Assembly (NCBI RefSeq): GCF_041956535.1
Contig: NW_027192196.1
Coordinates: 1,047,823 to 1,111,822 of the forward strand
DNA: 64,000 bases
Origin: Calcarisporiella thermophila CBS 279.70
Taxonomy: Eukaryota; Fungi; Calcarisporiellomycota
Reading direction: 5' to 3'
Both the position numbers and the translations under genes were made by a program. Positions 22,937 to 34,569 of the stretch are shown here, in pieces; position 1 is the stretch's first letter, and each line of letters begins with the position of its first letter. Under the pieces are notes generated by a model that did no database searches, had not been told where the DNA came from, and saw only the letters and a program-made list of their open reading frames with translations.

Positions 22937-25248
22937 TTATGAGATGATTGCGGCGGTCTCATCTCCCCACAGCCAAGCCTGCAGCGTGTGCTTGAGGTTG
23001 GCCCAGGCTGGATCGAGCGTCCTCAGGGAGCGCTCGGAGCCCTCCCTCGCCCAATCCTCCAGAAGCGCAGCCACCCTTGCCCACCCATCGGTGACGTTTG
23101 AAAGGGAGGATGCGTCAACGCTGAATGCGACCAGCATTGCCACCGCCAAAGCCAAAAGCGCGGAAACAAGCACGGTCCAACCCGGACTTGGGAAGCACGG
23201 TCTCGCAAATCGGAACCAATTGAAAGTCCGCGTGCTTTCAAACTCCGACGGCCCCTCAACCCTCTTTAGCGTTGGGATGACGGTGTCGTTGACGGGCGCG
23301 GGGGCCGCCGCCGTCCCGTTCGGCGGGCGCAGTGCGTCCCAGCTCACGCCCCCCTGGGCAATGCACTCGATCACCTCGCGGGCGGCCCGCTCGCCGCTCT
23401 CCACCGCGCCCTCCATGTAGCCACGATCAACGCAAGTGGTCTCCGTCCCTGGACACAAGGCAATTCTAAACCATTACACAACTTGGGTGTTGACCAGGAC
23501 AATAAACAGAGTCCACCACTCACCGGCAAAATGCAGCCGGCCCCATGGCCGCTGCATCCTCTCCAAGAAGTCGTACTCTCGCGCCGCCCCCGGCCCGAAA
23601 AACGTGTCGGGCCCCCCGCGCACGTACGGAACCGCCGTCCAGTCCACCTCCACGTACTCCAAGGGCTCAAGCGCCTCGGCCCCAAACGCCAAGGCCAGCT
23701 CAGCGAGGACGCGATTTTTGCTTGCGTCGGGCGATAGTCGCGAGTACAGGCGGGCGTGGTGCCCCGCGACAAACACGACCAGGGCGTTGAGCTGCGAGGG
23801 GCTCTGGTCGCAGCCGTCCATCACCCACGTCAGGATGCTGTCTTCGTCCAGCGTGATGAGCTGGCCGCTGAGGCCGCGGTCTCGCCAGAACCGCGTCTCA
23901 TACACGATGATGATCTTGATGTAGGTGCCCATGATGGAGCGGCGCCACAGCTGGGAGTGCGACGCCGGCACGTCCGGGACAAACTCGATCTGCGCGAGCT
24001 GGGTGGGCGGGATGGCCAGGATGACGTAGCGGGCACGCACGATCTTCTGCTGCAGGCCGACGCCGCAGTGAATCACGATCTCTTGGTGCCTGGAGGCTGG
24101 CGTGGGGGCCTCGATGCGCAGCACCGGCGAGTTGGTGTGGATCCGCTCCTGGGGCAGGGTGCTGGCGAGATGCTCGATCATGGAGTAGGCGAGGCGGTCT
24201 ATCTTGAACTCGTGCGCACCGTCCACGATCTCTAGCATGTGGACCAATCCTGACCCATGACGGAGTGAATAAATAGGAGCGCGAAATGGCAAAACAAACA
24301 CAGCCGGGTACTCACCACCAGAGTGCTTCACCTCGAAGAGGAAAAAGAACATGGATACCTCGCAGGGCTCCGCGCCAAACTCGTTGCGCACCATGAAGGC
24401 GAGGAGCTGTCTGGCCGCACTCGTCCAAAGGTGCTGCTGCATCCAGGCCTAATAGAATGACGAAAAGACGCGCAGTCGGTCAATTTACGCGTCGCCGCGG
24501 CCCGTCGCCAGTTTCCAAAGAAGACATTACCTCCACGTTGATCTTGTCGAGTTCTTCGGCTAGCTCTAATGCAACATGGGTTTCGATTTAAAGATGGAGT
24601 CAATACCGGTGCAATCCTTTCAGAAAAGCTCCATACTTCCGCCATTCGCATCCAGCGCCTTGATCAAACGCTCTGTTCTCCTGATGATATTCACGCGTAT
24701 ATCAAATCTTTCTGGAAGGAGAGGGCATAGGAGTCTCTAAAATAAACCATGCGTTGGACTATTTCCTGCAGAAGCTATTACCTAGAAAAGAGAGCGGGAG
24801 TCTGTCTTGCGAATACGCTTGGACCCTCCCCCCACGCATTAGCATGTTTTTTCCCGAGAAATAGTTGGGATAAAGATTGGCCCCAGCCTCCTTCAGCAAT
24901 GTCTGTATCCGAGTATGCCGCGAGCTGACCCATTGTCCTTTCGCGGCGCGGGATGCAATGGTATAGAGGTCAGAATGAAGAGGGAGGCTAAATAAAAGGT
25001 GAACATGGGTATTTACCACCAAGGTCAATTCTGCCTCCGCTTGCAAGCTCGATGCCCTTTATGCGGCCCCCGAGAAGCGAAGATGCTTCTAGGACCGTCA
25101 CTGGAATATTTCTCTTAGAGAGAAGGTTAGCTGCATAGAGTCCAGAGAGTCCTCCCCCGCTGAATAAAGATCAATAGGGTAAGCCAGAGAAAGCAAAAGC
25201 ATCACAAGAAAAACAAGGGCTTTACACGACAACAACATGACGATCCAT
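22937..25248 (-). CDS. Flavin-containing monoamine oxidase family protein with C-terminal membrane anchor
   Basis: MDRHVVVV|GGGLSGLYAA..VLEA..LGGRI, DLGGQWV, LHFAGTET, GYMEGAVESGERAAREV; hydrophobic helix VLVSALLALAVAMLVAF. Confidence 0.9.
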
Positions 25249-25401
25249 GGCAAAATGAGTTGGTTATTCGCAATGGCAGTTGTTAAAAAGCCTCCTTTTC
25301 ACCCGCTCTCCACACTGCTCTCAAATATATACCTACAGTTTCAAAGAGGAATATAAAACGCGTCACATTTTCCGCTGTTCAAACCGCTCCATCCCTACAT
25401 C

Positions 25402-26928
25402 ATGGATCCCCTTCAGTCGCCGATCCAACCGCCACCCCTCACACTCCAATCTCCACAATACCATGCGCAAATTCCTACCCCTTCCCTTCCCGAACCTCTC
25501 GTCCAACATCACACGCTCTCCGCGCCTCCCCCTCCCCCTCCGCCAAAGCCTATGCGAACCCTAGCACGGACTTCGTCTCTGCGCTCCAACACCTCCAACC
25601 GTTCGAGTGCAGCGGGCCTAGCCTCCAATCTTATGTTTTTGGATCTTCCACTTTCCGATCCACTTCAACTGCTTGCTGAGAAACACCTGCCGGTGGAGCA
25701 ACGACCCATAAAAGATGGCGGTGCTATCGACAAGGACCGGGCCGGAGAAGATGATTACATGCGCGAATTGATCATGACCAATTCGTGGAGGGCGGTTGCC
25801 AATTGCGCTCGCTATCGTATCCTCAACACAAACCCTCTCGATACACGCGCCTTGCTACAGCTATGGCACACCCGCTTTGTAGCTTTGAAAAAAATACGCC
25901 TCTTTCATGTGGCGGCCACCGAGATGCAGAAGGTGGTGGAGGTGGTTCCCGAACTAGCTCGGCCACCCTTTGACACAGCAGAGGATCGTGCAGGAGCCGA
26001 GATACCCTTTGAGCTGCGAGTCGGCTGGGCACGTCTGCCGGCGATGATCGGGGATGTCGGGGAAACGATCGAGAGAATATGGGCCTTGATAGTATACTGC
26101 AAAAGGGTAAGTGGTATGGATCCAGGGGTGAAGGAGGAATGACAGAGGAACGAGGATACGGGGGGGGGGGAGGGGGCATGAAGGGCAACCGTAAAGTGAG
26201 AGCATAACAGAGCTAAATTCGCCTAACTATTCTTAGATGAAGGGGTCGGCATCCGATAGCGAAGCGTCCCGACCCGTGTGGGAGTACCGCGAAAAGCAGC
26301 TGCGACTCATGGTGGTGAACTATCTAATCGACCTAAAGGTAGCCCTTCTCGAGCTTGCCCGTGGCTTCTGCTGGCTGACACCCATAGGTTGAAATAGGAT
26401 TTCTCAAATGCAACCTCTCAGATGCAATCGCTTGTGGAGGAAGACCCCACGGATGTCTCTGCTCTCGAAGGGCTTCTCCGCCTGGACCTCCAACTCGGCA
26501 ACCTCGACCACGCCCAATCCACCCTTGCTCGGCTGGAGCGGCTCGCCGGGGAGCACCCAAGCCGCGAAGAGCAAGGCCACCTCGACTTGCATCGTGCCTT
26601 CGTTGCCATCGGGCAGGGGGATTTCCAGCAGGCCAAGGCCCTCTTCTCGAAGGTGTGGGAATCGAACAAGGAGAACGTGCTGGCCGCCAACAACCTCGCG
26701 GTGTGCGAGCTCTACCTGGGCCATCTGAACAGCGCTCTCTCCATCCTCAAAGAGCTTGTGGCCAATTACCTCTTCACCGCTGCAGGCTGCGAGCCTATCC
26801 TCTTTAACCTTTGCACATTGTACGAGCTTCGTTACGAGAACTCTATAGAGAAAAAGAGATTAGTGTTGGCGGAGGCCCTTCCCGTTGCGGGGGATCAATT
26901 TGGAATCGAGTGTTTTAAGTTGAATTGA
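25402..26928 (+). CDS. TRAPPC12: TRAPP complex subunit 12 (TTC15)-like TPR protein
   Basis: SWRAVA, LQLWHTRFVAL, IPFELRV, ANNLAVCELYLG, ILFNLCTLYEL, CFKL C-terminus. Confidence 0.8.
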
Positions 26929-27256
26929 GTTTAATTTTAAAGACAAATCCGTGAGGATGAATACCGATGAAGAGAATCTCTGGTTTATCTTATGAAATGG
27001 GGGTGGTGAATGAGGATAAAAAAAAAAGAGCAAAAAGGTACAACAGGAGGCGGATATGCAAGGGACTATAATCGTGAATGCAAGGTAAAAGAAGAACAAC
27101 AGAGAAATAAAGAGAATGCCAAAAAAAAAGTGCAGGTATCTTGAAAAGATACAAGGGGGAGGGGGAAGGCAGTGCATACTCTTTTCTACTACAGGACTAT
27201 GTAAATAAATAATTAAATAGGGTCTACGAATTAAATAGAAATAGTGTCGTGAACAT

Positions 27257-28653
27257 CTAAGCTCGGCCGGAGGGGGAGGATTTGGAGAGGGCTCTATTCT
27301 TCCGGAAGAGGTCCTTCACCAAGGGCGACTTTCTCTCGGGATCCTCCGGCTGGGGAGGGGACGAGGTGGCCACGGCGCCATGCTTCGGATGGGGGGCGGG
27401 GGGAGCAGGGGCTTCGTAGAGGGACGGAGGAGGCGGGGACATTCTCTGCGTGCGCAAGCTCAGCTCCTCTTGCTCATCCGCGCCCAGCACGGTGCGCATA
27501 AAGCCGAAGATCATGGCCTTGAGCAGCTCGAAGCGCTGCCGCGATGCGGGCGAAAAGGAAAGCGCCTCGGTGTGCGGGTTGGTGCGGAACTGCTTTTCCT
27601 GCTGCTCAAGGTATTCGAGCAGGAGGTGAATGCCCTTTTGGCGCGCCTCTTGCGAGTAGGGGATCGAGGACTTGCCGATCTCACGGTCCATCCGGGCAAA
27701 CGCTTCCCCCTTGAGGAAGTGGACAAAGCTCGTCTCGAGCAGAAGGTACACCGCCCGCTTCGCCTCGTCGAACGCATGCAGCAGGTTGGTGCCTTTGCGC
27801 AGCTCTTCGACAACGGCGCGCCGCACCTTGTCGTCTATGTTCACCTCCAGGTGGCTGCGCTCGCTGAGATAGGTGCGGTAGATGTGGCGGGCGGTCATGA
27901 GGATCTGGTCTTGGCTAGTGTAGCTGTAGGACTCGTATTGCTCCAGCTCGATAAAGAAAAACTAGCGGAAAGAAAGAAAGCAGGGTTAGCACTCGGAGAG
28001 ACGCCCATCGGACAAGGCTCGGCTAGCCGCCGAGGCCACTGGGTGGTTACCAGATTCTCGCTTGAGAACTCGTGGAGCACGCTGTACAAAAAGTAGCAGA
28101 GCGGGACCTTGGACTGCAGGAGCGCCTTCAGGCCCTCCTTCTCGATCTCTCGCACGCAGATGTCGAGGGGCGGCTGGTCGCCGAAGAAATTCTTGAGCTT
28201 CCGGGTGCGGTTGGTGGCCATCATCTTGTAGCGCTGGTGAAAGTCGAAGTTTGCCGGCGAGAAATGCTTCTGCGACTGCTCTCGCAACAGCGAGGCCACC
28301 GACGAAATGGAGATAATGCTGGCGCGCGGATCGGGCTTGGATCCCGACTTGTGCCCACTGAAGTAATCCATTTCCTCCTCCTCGACCTCTGCGGCGAACT
28401 CCTCCAAGTCCAGGTCGTCCACCGCCTCGAGGGGGGTGCGCGGCGTGGTCACGAGGGAGCCGGTGGCATCGACGATGCTACTCCGCGCCGATCCGGGCCG
28501 GGAGTCGGACAGATTCAGGTTCTCGATGGAGATGGCAGACGAGCGACGCTTGGATATGGGCTTTGGGGTCTTCATGCCGAGGATCGAGTCCGAATTGCCC
28601 TGGAAATTCGCAGAGCGGACGTCGATTTTCAGACTGCTTTGGCGGGCCGACAT
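27257..28653 (-). CDS. RGS-domain protein
   Basis: LCYFLYSVLHEFSSENL|FFFIELEQY...ARHIYRTYL..SHLEVNID..FDEAKRAVYLLLE; intron 28050-27962; start codon uncertain. Confidence 0.85.
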
Positions 28654-30018
28654 AGCGAGGGGGGGGGGAGGGGGAGGAGTCAATCAGGGGGAGAAAACAG
28701 CTAAGGCTAATGAGGGGATGGAGAGAGGAAGCAGCGTCTAGAGCGAGCAATCGCTAGGCAAGCAGGACACACCAATAAATTAAGGTGAGAAATCATCATT
28801 TTTGAGGAATCCCAGCCAAGCACACAAAATAAACCTGAGCCCGCTCCCATTGGCCGCATTCAAGGGCATGGTTTCATTTGGCGAAGACAGGTGTTTGGCC
28901 AGAATGCTACCGTGGTCCCACGTAGCATGTGCTTGTGGCAACTCGCTCGGATATCTTGGGCTCAAGGTGCTCCCCCTCCACGGCCGCAGCCGGCTCTGCC
29001 TCGCTCGGTGCGCGGCGAGCCTGCCCGCCTTGTCCACGCCGGTGCTGTAAGGCGTGCGGGGCCGCCCCCCTCCCCTCCCCTCCCCCACACGCCCCCTCGC
29101 GCCCTAGTGGTTCGAGGCATGTGGCAAAGAGCTCACCACGAAAGCGGATTCCTTTCCACATCGAAGGTGGCACAACGCTGCTTCGTGCCCTATTTGCCAC
29201 TGGCTCTGTCCACTAGCACGCGGTTCCCACTAACTAATTGGCGCACTAATAATAATCTGCGTCGAGAATAATGCCTTGTGCATGGCAGATATTGGAGCAC
29301 CGCCCCCCCACTCAGTCGCTCGGATCCGCCCTGGATGACATCATCCTCCTGACCTGTCGTGCTGGCTACCCAGCGCCGTCGGGAGCCGCAGCACGCCAGA
29401 GGGCACGGCCGGAAGGCTCCACACGTCACAAGGGGGCTAGCGAGGAACCCGAGGACGAGTCAGGCTCCCGCTATGGTGAGGGGCTTTCCTATCTTTGTCC
29501 GGCCGGATAGATCGATGGAAAATCGATCTTATCTAAGCAAGGAAACGATGGGCCGTCCAAAAGGAACTGCTTGACCTGCACAAGAGGGAGAGGCTTGTTC
29601 TCTGCGAGAGAGGAACTTTTGCTCGGGCGACGCAAACGTCAGCATGGGGGCTTGGTAGTGCATTCTTAGGGCTGTCATCCCCTTTTTTTCTGGCGATTAT
29701 CGGTGAAATTTCCTGGCCGTGGTCCACCAGCTCGCATGCAGTCACTTGGTGAATGTTGTTTTGCTCCGGAGTTGAAAATCCCTTTGAAAGGGCCAGAAAA
29801 GTGTGGGCTACTCCTTTTGATATCCCCCTTGACGAGATTAAGCTTGCATTGGGTGCAAGCCTGATGAGAATACATTCCCCATCATGTCCAGAGATAAACT
29901 GCAGGATGGCCAGATCCCTCAAAACGGCGATCTTAAAGTAATGGCGGTTAAAGTGCCGTGTCACCCATGTGGAAAATCCTCATGCGCTTTTCTCTCTTGA
30001 TAATAGATCCTCTATTCC

Positions 30019-31788
30019 ATGGCGGCCGACCTCCAGCTAATCGTTGCATCTGATCGGCAACATCTGCAATCTCTTCAAACCACGGCCGCTCAGCCCAGCG
30101 CCCATTCGATTTCGCAATCTGCACCGCCCGCACCCCCTGCTCAACCTACCCCGCTCGCCTCCCCCCCTGCGTTTCCAGCCTGGAGTGCCGGCCGCTTCCT
30201 GGTCGCCGATCCTTAATCTCTCTCTTGTGTCAGGACGTGACGAGCGAACCCCCCTGGTAACCCGTGAAATCCTCCCGCGCCCTGGCGACCCTGTACTGCT
30301 CCTTGAGAGGGAGTATGAAATAAAGGGGGCGGTTCCGCGGTCTTTCTTTGTGCTTATGCACCAGAAAAATATCGGTCACCGTTTCATTTTCGATTTCCCA
30401 GACCATGCCTGGTTTAAAGAGCTGAGCGGGATGCGAAAGGTAAGAAGAGGCTGTCACATAGTTATTGCAGGGGAGCTGGCTGACTTTGGGCCTTTGACAA
30501 TAGAGTGCTTACACCCTCATCAAGGAAGAAAACTCCAGCGAGGTATGGGAGCTCCATCTAAAACCGTCACGCGATAGATCGTAAGTGGGCTACGAGAATT
30601 TCTCTCTTGTGGTTTGAAGGATGCCAATTCACCGATTCCTCTGCAAACACTTGCTTGCATTAGAAATATATTTGGATATCTTATCAAGTCCAGAGAAGTG
30701 GAGCGTATTGTGCGGGAGCAACAGGAGAATCTGCTGAGACAAAGACGACTGCCGCTAGTTCTTGATTTGGACGATACCCTAGTCCGCCTGGTGGGCAACT
30801 CACAGGATCGATATGTGAAAGAACATGAAGCAAGTCTAGGTAGCGTATACCCGCACTCTGCTCACCTTGCATTCTGCTGACGTTGCAACTTGTTTGCTTT
30901 CATTCCACAGTTCAAGATCGGGTATGTGATTTGGGAGATGGCAGGCGTGTGGTGATGACGGAACGGTTGGATGAATTTCTGGACTGGGCTAGTAAATATT
31001 ATGAAATTTCCGTCTGCTCGCTTGGGTAAGTCCCCCATATTACAATAATCTAGTGCTTTTTTTTTTCTAACGGTCTTCTTCCATTATCCTACCCCCCCCC
31101 CCTCTTCCTCCTCCTTCTCCTCCCCCGCCTTGCTTCTCTTGCTTTTTATCTCATTCCTCATTTCTCACTCTCTTTATCTTCCAACCCTACAAGTGATCAA
31201 AACTATGTCGATATGGTGTGTGCTGCCATTGATCCGCATCATAATCGTATTCGCGGCATCAATTATTCGGCCCGCCAAGAGTACGAGTACATTCAGCGAA
31301 CTGCTCCTCATGGGGCCGGTACGGACCGCCCATCTCGTCCGCCTAAGGATCTTCTCGCCCTTTATACTTTTTGCACTCTGGGAAACTCGCCTGCACAAAA
31401 CTATTGCCTCCCCCTCATCGTGGATGACATGACTAGCATGTGGCCGCCAGAACAGCACGACAACATTATCGTTGTGAAGGAGCGACGTAAGAGCCCCAAT
31501 GCCAACGGCGGTGGCTCCACGGAGAACGGTGGAGAAAATGGTGCGAACAACGTGTGGACGGTCAATTTATTCCCCCTGGTGCAGCAAGTACTGGCGCATG
31601 TGCACCAAGAATTCTTCCGCCAGATGGACCTACACCGTGCAGGGCAGCAGCCGCACCCTCCGAGCGCGCGTGTCATCTATAAAGAATGGCTACGGAACTA
31701 TTTAAGAGACCATATTGCGCGCACGTCGGGGCCGCCTATGAGCGTTCCTCAACCCGGTTTACCCCTGAATCCGGCAGGTCAGCCATAG
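30019..31788 (+). CDS. FCP1/NIF-like HAD phosphatase lacking a BRCT domain
   Basis: LLRQRRLPLVLDLDDTLV (DxDxT), EFLDWASKYYEISVCSLG, LIVDD..MW; 5' exon structure uncertain. Confidence 0.75.
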
Positions 31789-32150
31789 AGAGGGGGGTGG
31801 TTTACTTTTCCTGTCTCGAGGCTAATGGCACTAGTCTAAACCTCACGGACTTATGTATTGTTTGCTTTTTCTTTTTTGGACTATTTTTTTTTGCTTCTTC
31901 TGCCGCATGGTGGAAGGAACCCATACCTTGGCGTTTTCAGCCTGGCAAGCGTGTTTGTAGTTTTCAAAAAGTTTGTTTTGTTTTTTTTTTCATTTTTTGT
32001 TTAATTATTATTTTTGCACATAAGGGTGAGAGGAATAAAGAAAAATAGGCAAGATGAGATATATTGAATGCTATTTCAACAGATTATGTATAGAGAGAAA
32101 GAAAAATACATAAAATAGAGGGGAAATAAAGACTACATCGTGATTAAGCG

Positions 32151-32750
32151 TTACAATAGACAGTGGTCAATTTTATAAGCTACACCATTGGATCCCTCTA
32201 CTGGGGTCTCCACATTAAGAATTCTTGACTTCTGATTTAATATAATACCGCCATCCTCCCCCCCAACAATCACCTCGCGGTTCTCGAGAAGAGTCGGAAG
32301 CCGTAGGCCCGGTTTGATTTCATCAGGATGGACCACTCTAGGCACAATATGGCGCAACACCATGTCCCGCAGCTTTGCATCATCACCAAATACCGCAATT
32401 CGCTCAGCTTCTATTAGCTTCAGTTGTCTAATGGCATCATTGGTTGGGGTGAAAATGGTAATGGAAGCATCGGGATTAGCAAGCAGATTCGCAACTTCCT
32501 CTATCTGACGAGCAGCATCTAGATAGGTGGAGATACTGCGCTCCCGTGGGAGAAGATCGCTAAGGGTTGGTTTGGTGGGTGGATTGGCATAATCGTCAAC
32601 CTGCATAGGGCGTTGATGAAACCCAAGCTGCTGTTGCTGGAGCTGTGGCTGTGTTTGTAGTGTGAAACGATGGGGAGGGAGTAGAAGTCGGGCCGAGGTT
32701 AATGAGCTGAAGAGACAGAGTATGAGAAACAGGTGGAAGAGCCTGATCAT
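32151..32750 (-). CDS. Secreted single FAS1 (fasciclin) domain protein
   Basis: Signal peptide; H1 TIFTPTNDAI, LRHIVP, H2 SNGVAYKIDHCL. Confidence 0.88.
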   Translation of the reverse strand: MIRLFHLFLILCLFSSLTSARLLLPPHRFTLQTQPQLQQQQLGFHQRPMQVDDYANPPTKPTLSDLLPRERSISTYLDAARQIEEVANLLANPDASITIFTPTNDAIRQLKLIEAERIAVFGDDAKLRDMVLRHIVPRVVHPDEIKPGLRLPTLLENREVIVGGEDGGIILNQKSRILNVETPVEGSNGVAYKIDHCLL

Positions 32751-33150
32751 CTTGAATCGATTCTCAACGGTATGGTGTTGAGCGGTCGAGTGGTTTTAGG
32801 ACCGTTAATTTAATCCGCCGTCGACTGATGTATTGTGAGATGTTGGTGTGATGTAATGAGTGACGCAGCGAAATTTGTAGTGCTTTAACCTGATGCGGTT
32901 TTCCCATTCCTTCCCTTTCTTTTTTCTCTCATTTTACTTTCCTCCGTTACCCAAACTATTTCTCACACACTGCACGTTCCCTTCCTCATTATTTCGTAAG
33001 CATCAACTCTCTTTTTTTTGGAGGGGCGGATATTTTTATAGGGTGCATCTTGTCATTGTATCACTAACTCTCCCCTTCTTTTCTTGTTGCTCTCACCTAT
33101 TGTGTGTGTTCTGGGTGTGAATTATAGGCAAAGCATCTCTAGTAAAAACA

Positions 33151-33757
33151 ATGTCCTTAGGTAGTGTAATCATCTTTTGGCTTTTCTATGGTTTCGACCC
33201 CAAACTAATATGATCCCCCGATTTTTCGAATAGTCTCCCAACTCGAGTATTACCGTACCCGCATTGAAGCTGCAAAAAGTTTCGAAGATGACATGGAGTT
33301 CAATCCCGCGCTTACCGCAGATGAGCTCGCCGAGTTACGAAAAGAACTTAGCGACCGCGTCGCTGCTCGTCAGGCGGCCTTCTCAGCTGCATCAATGTCC
33401 TCTCCAACCATGGTTGCTGCCACTCCCACCTCAACGGTAAGCCCTGGTCGCCGTGCCATTCCCATCTTGGACCCGAGCAATAAGGCGCCGGTCACCCTGC
33501 CTTCGCGCCCCGCCTCTCGGACGGGCATTCGCCCCCGTTCCCCTCCTTATCGCAACTTCTCAGGAATGGGATCACCAACCCTTAGTAGTGCAGCTCTTGC
33601 TCATGGTCTCTATCTCCAGCAGCAGCAGCAGACTTCTCCCCAGCATAGCGCACAGCAAGCCCAGCAACAGCAGGGCTTTCCTACGTTGAATTCCTCAACA
33701 TCGGGACGGTATAGTGGGTCAAGTTTCCTGCGACAATACGATATCTCTGTTCGATAA
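33151..33757 (+). CDS. Low-complexity fungal protein of unknown function (SFEDDMEFNP and RRAIPILDP motifs)
   Basis: Micro first exon ATGTCCTTAG|gtagtg, acceptor at 33233, in-frame VSQLEYYRTRIEAAKSFEDDMEF. Confidence 0.65.
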
Positions 33758-33989
33758 ATCCCCCTTCTCATTCATTTTTGCCTTTAACCTCTATATCTTT
33801 CGTTTTTTCTTATCTATAAATATATCTCATATATATTTTCCTAAGTGTGATTTATACTCCCCTTTTTACCTTTTTTTTTACGATCCCTTCTCTCTTGTTT
33901 ATGTATTGCGCTCGCATGGACATTTTTTCACATTTTGTAGAATTTCTTATTTTCTTCATTATTTTTTCCCACATTCCCTCATGGAACTC

Positions 33990-34021
<32 letters not shown>

Positions 34022-34569
34022 CCTATTTTCCTCACAGAAATGGCGTTTCTTGGTGAAATGTTCGTTATATATATTATATCTATATATATCAATTTTCGTT
34101 CCGTCTTCTGATCTTAGAATTTATATATTTTTTCCTTTTAATAAATACGTATTCTTCTAATATTAGCCACGAGAGCGGTGAAGTGGAGGTGGAAGACGGT
34201 GGCTCTCTCTCTCCATCTATTTGGGACCTTCGTAACCAAGGATGACGAGAGTGTATCCTGTCGTGGCATGTCAAATCTACAAGCCACCCTCTTTGACAAG
34301 GGAGGGGGGATTAAGGGAGAGGCAGGAAGTGACGAGGGGGGGTTTAGGTCCTAGAAATTTTATTTTACAGTATCACGTGCATCGGTTCGAAGGAAGATGC
34401 ATCTCGTCATACCTTGGTTACTTCAATCACGCTCTTTTGCTTTGAAAGATTGACAAAGCTTCTTTTTTGCTGCCCGTTCGCCTCTCTCATCCTTGCATTA
34501 ATTATCCATCCTCCCTTCTCCGTTGGTATCAGTTCTTTTTCTCTTCCTCTTTCAAAACAGCAGCTTGAA

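Noticed and set aside
28780-29230. CSL-type GTG(G/A)GAA sites
   Set aside because: Isolated 7-mers at about chance frequency
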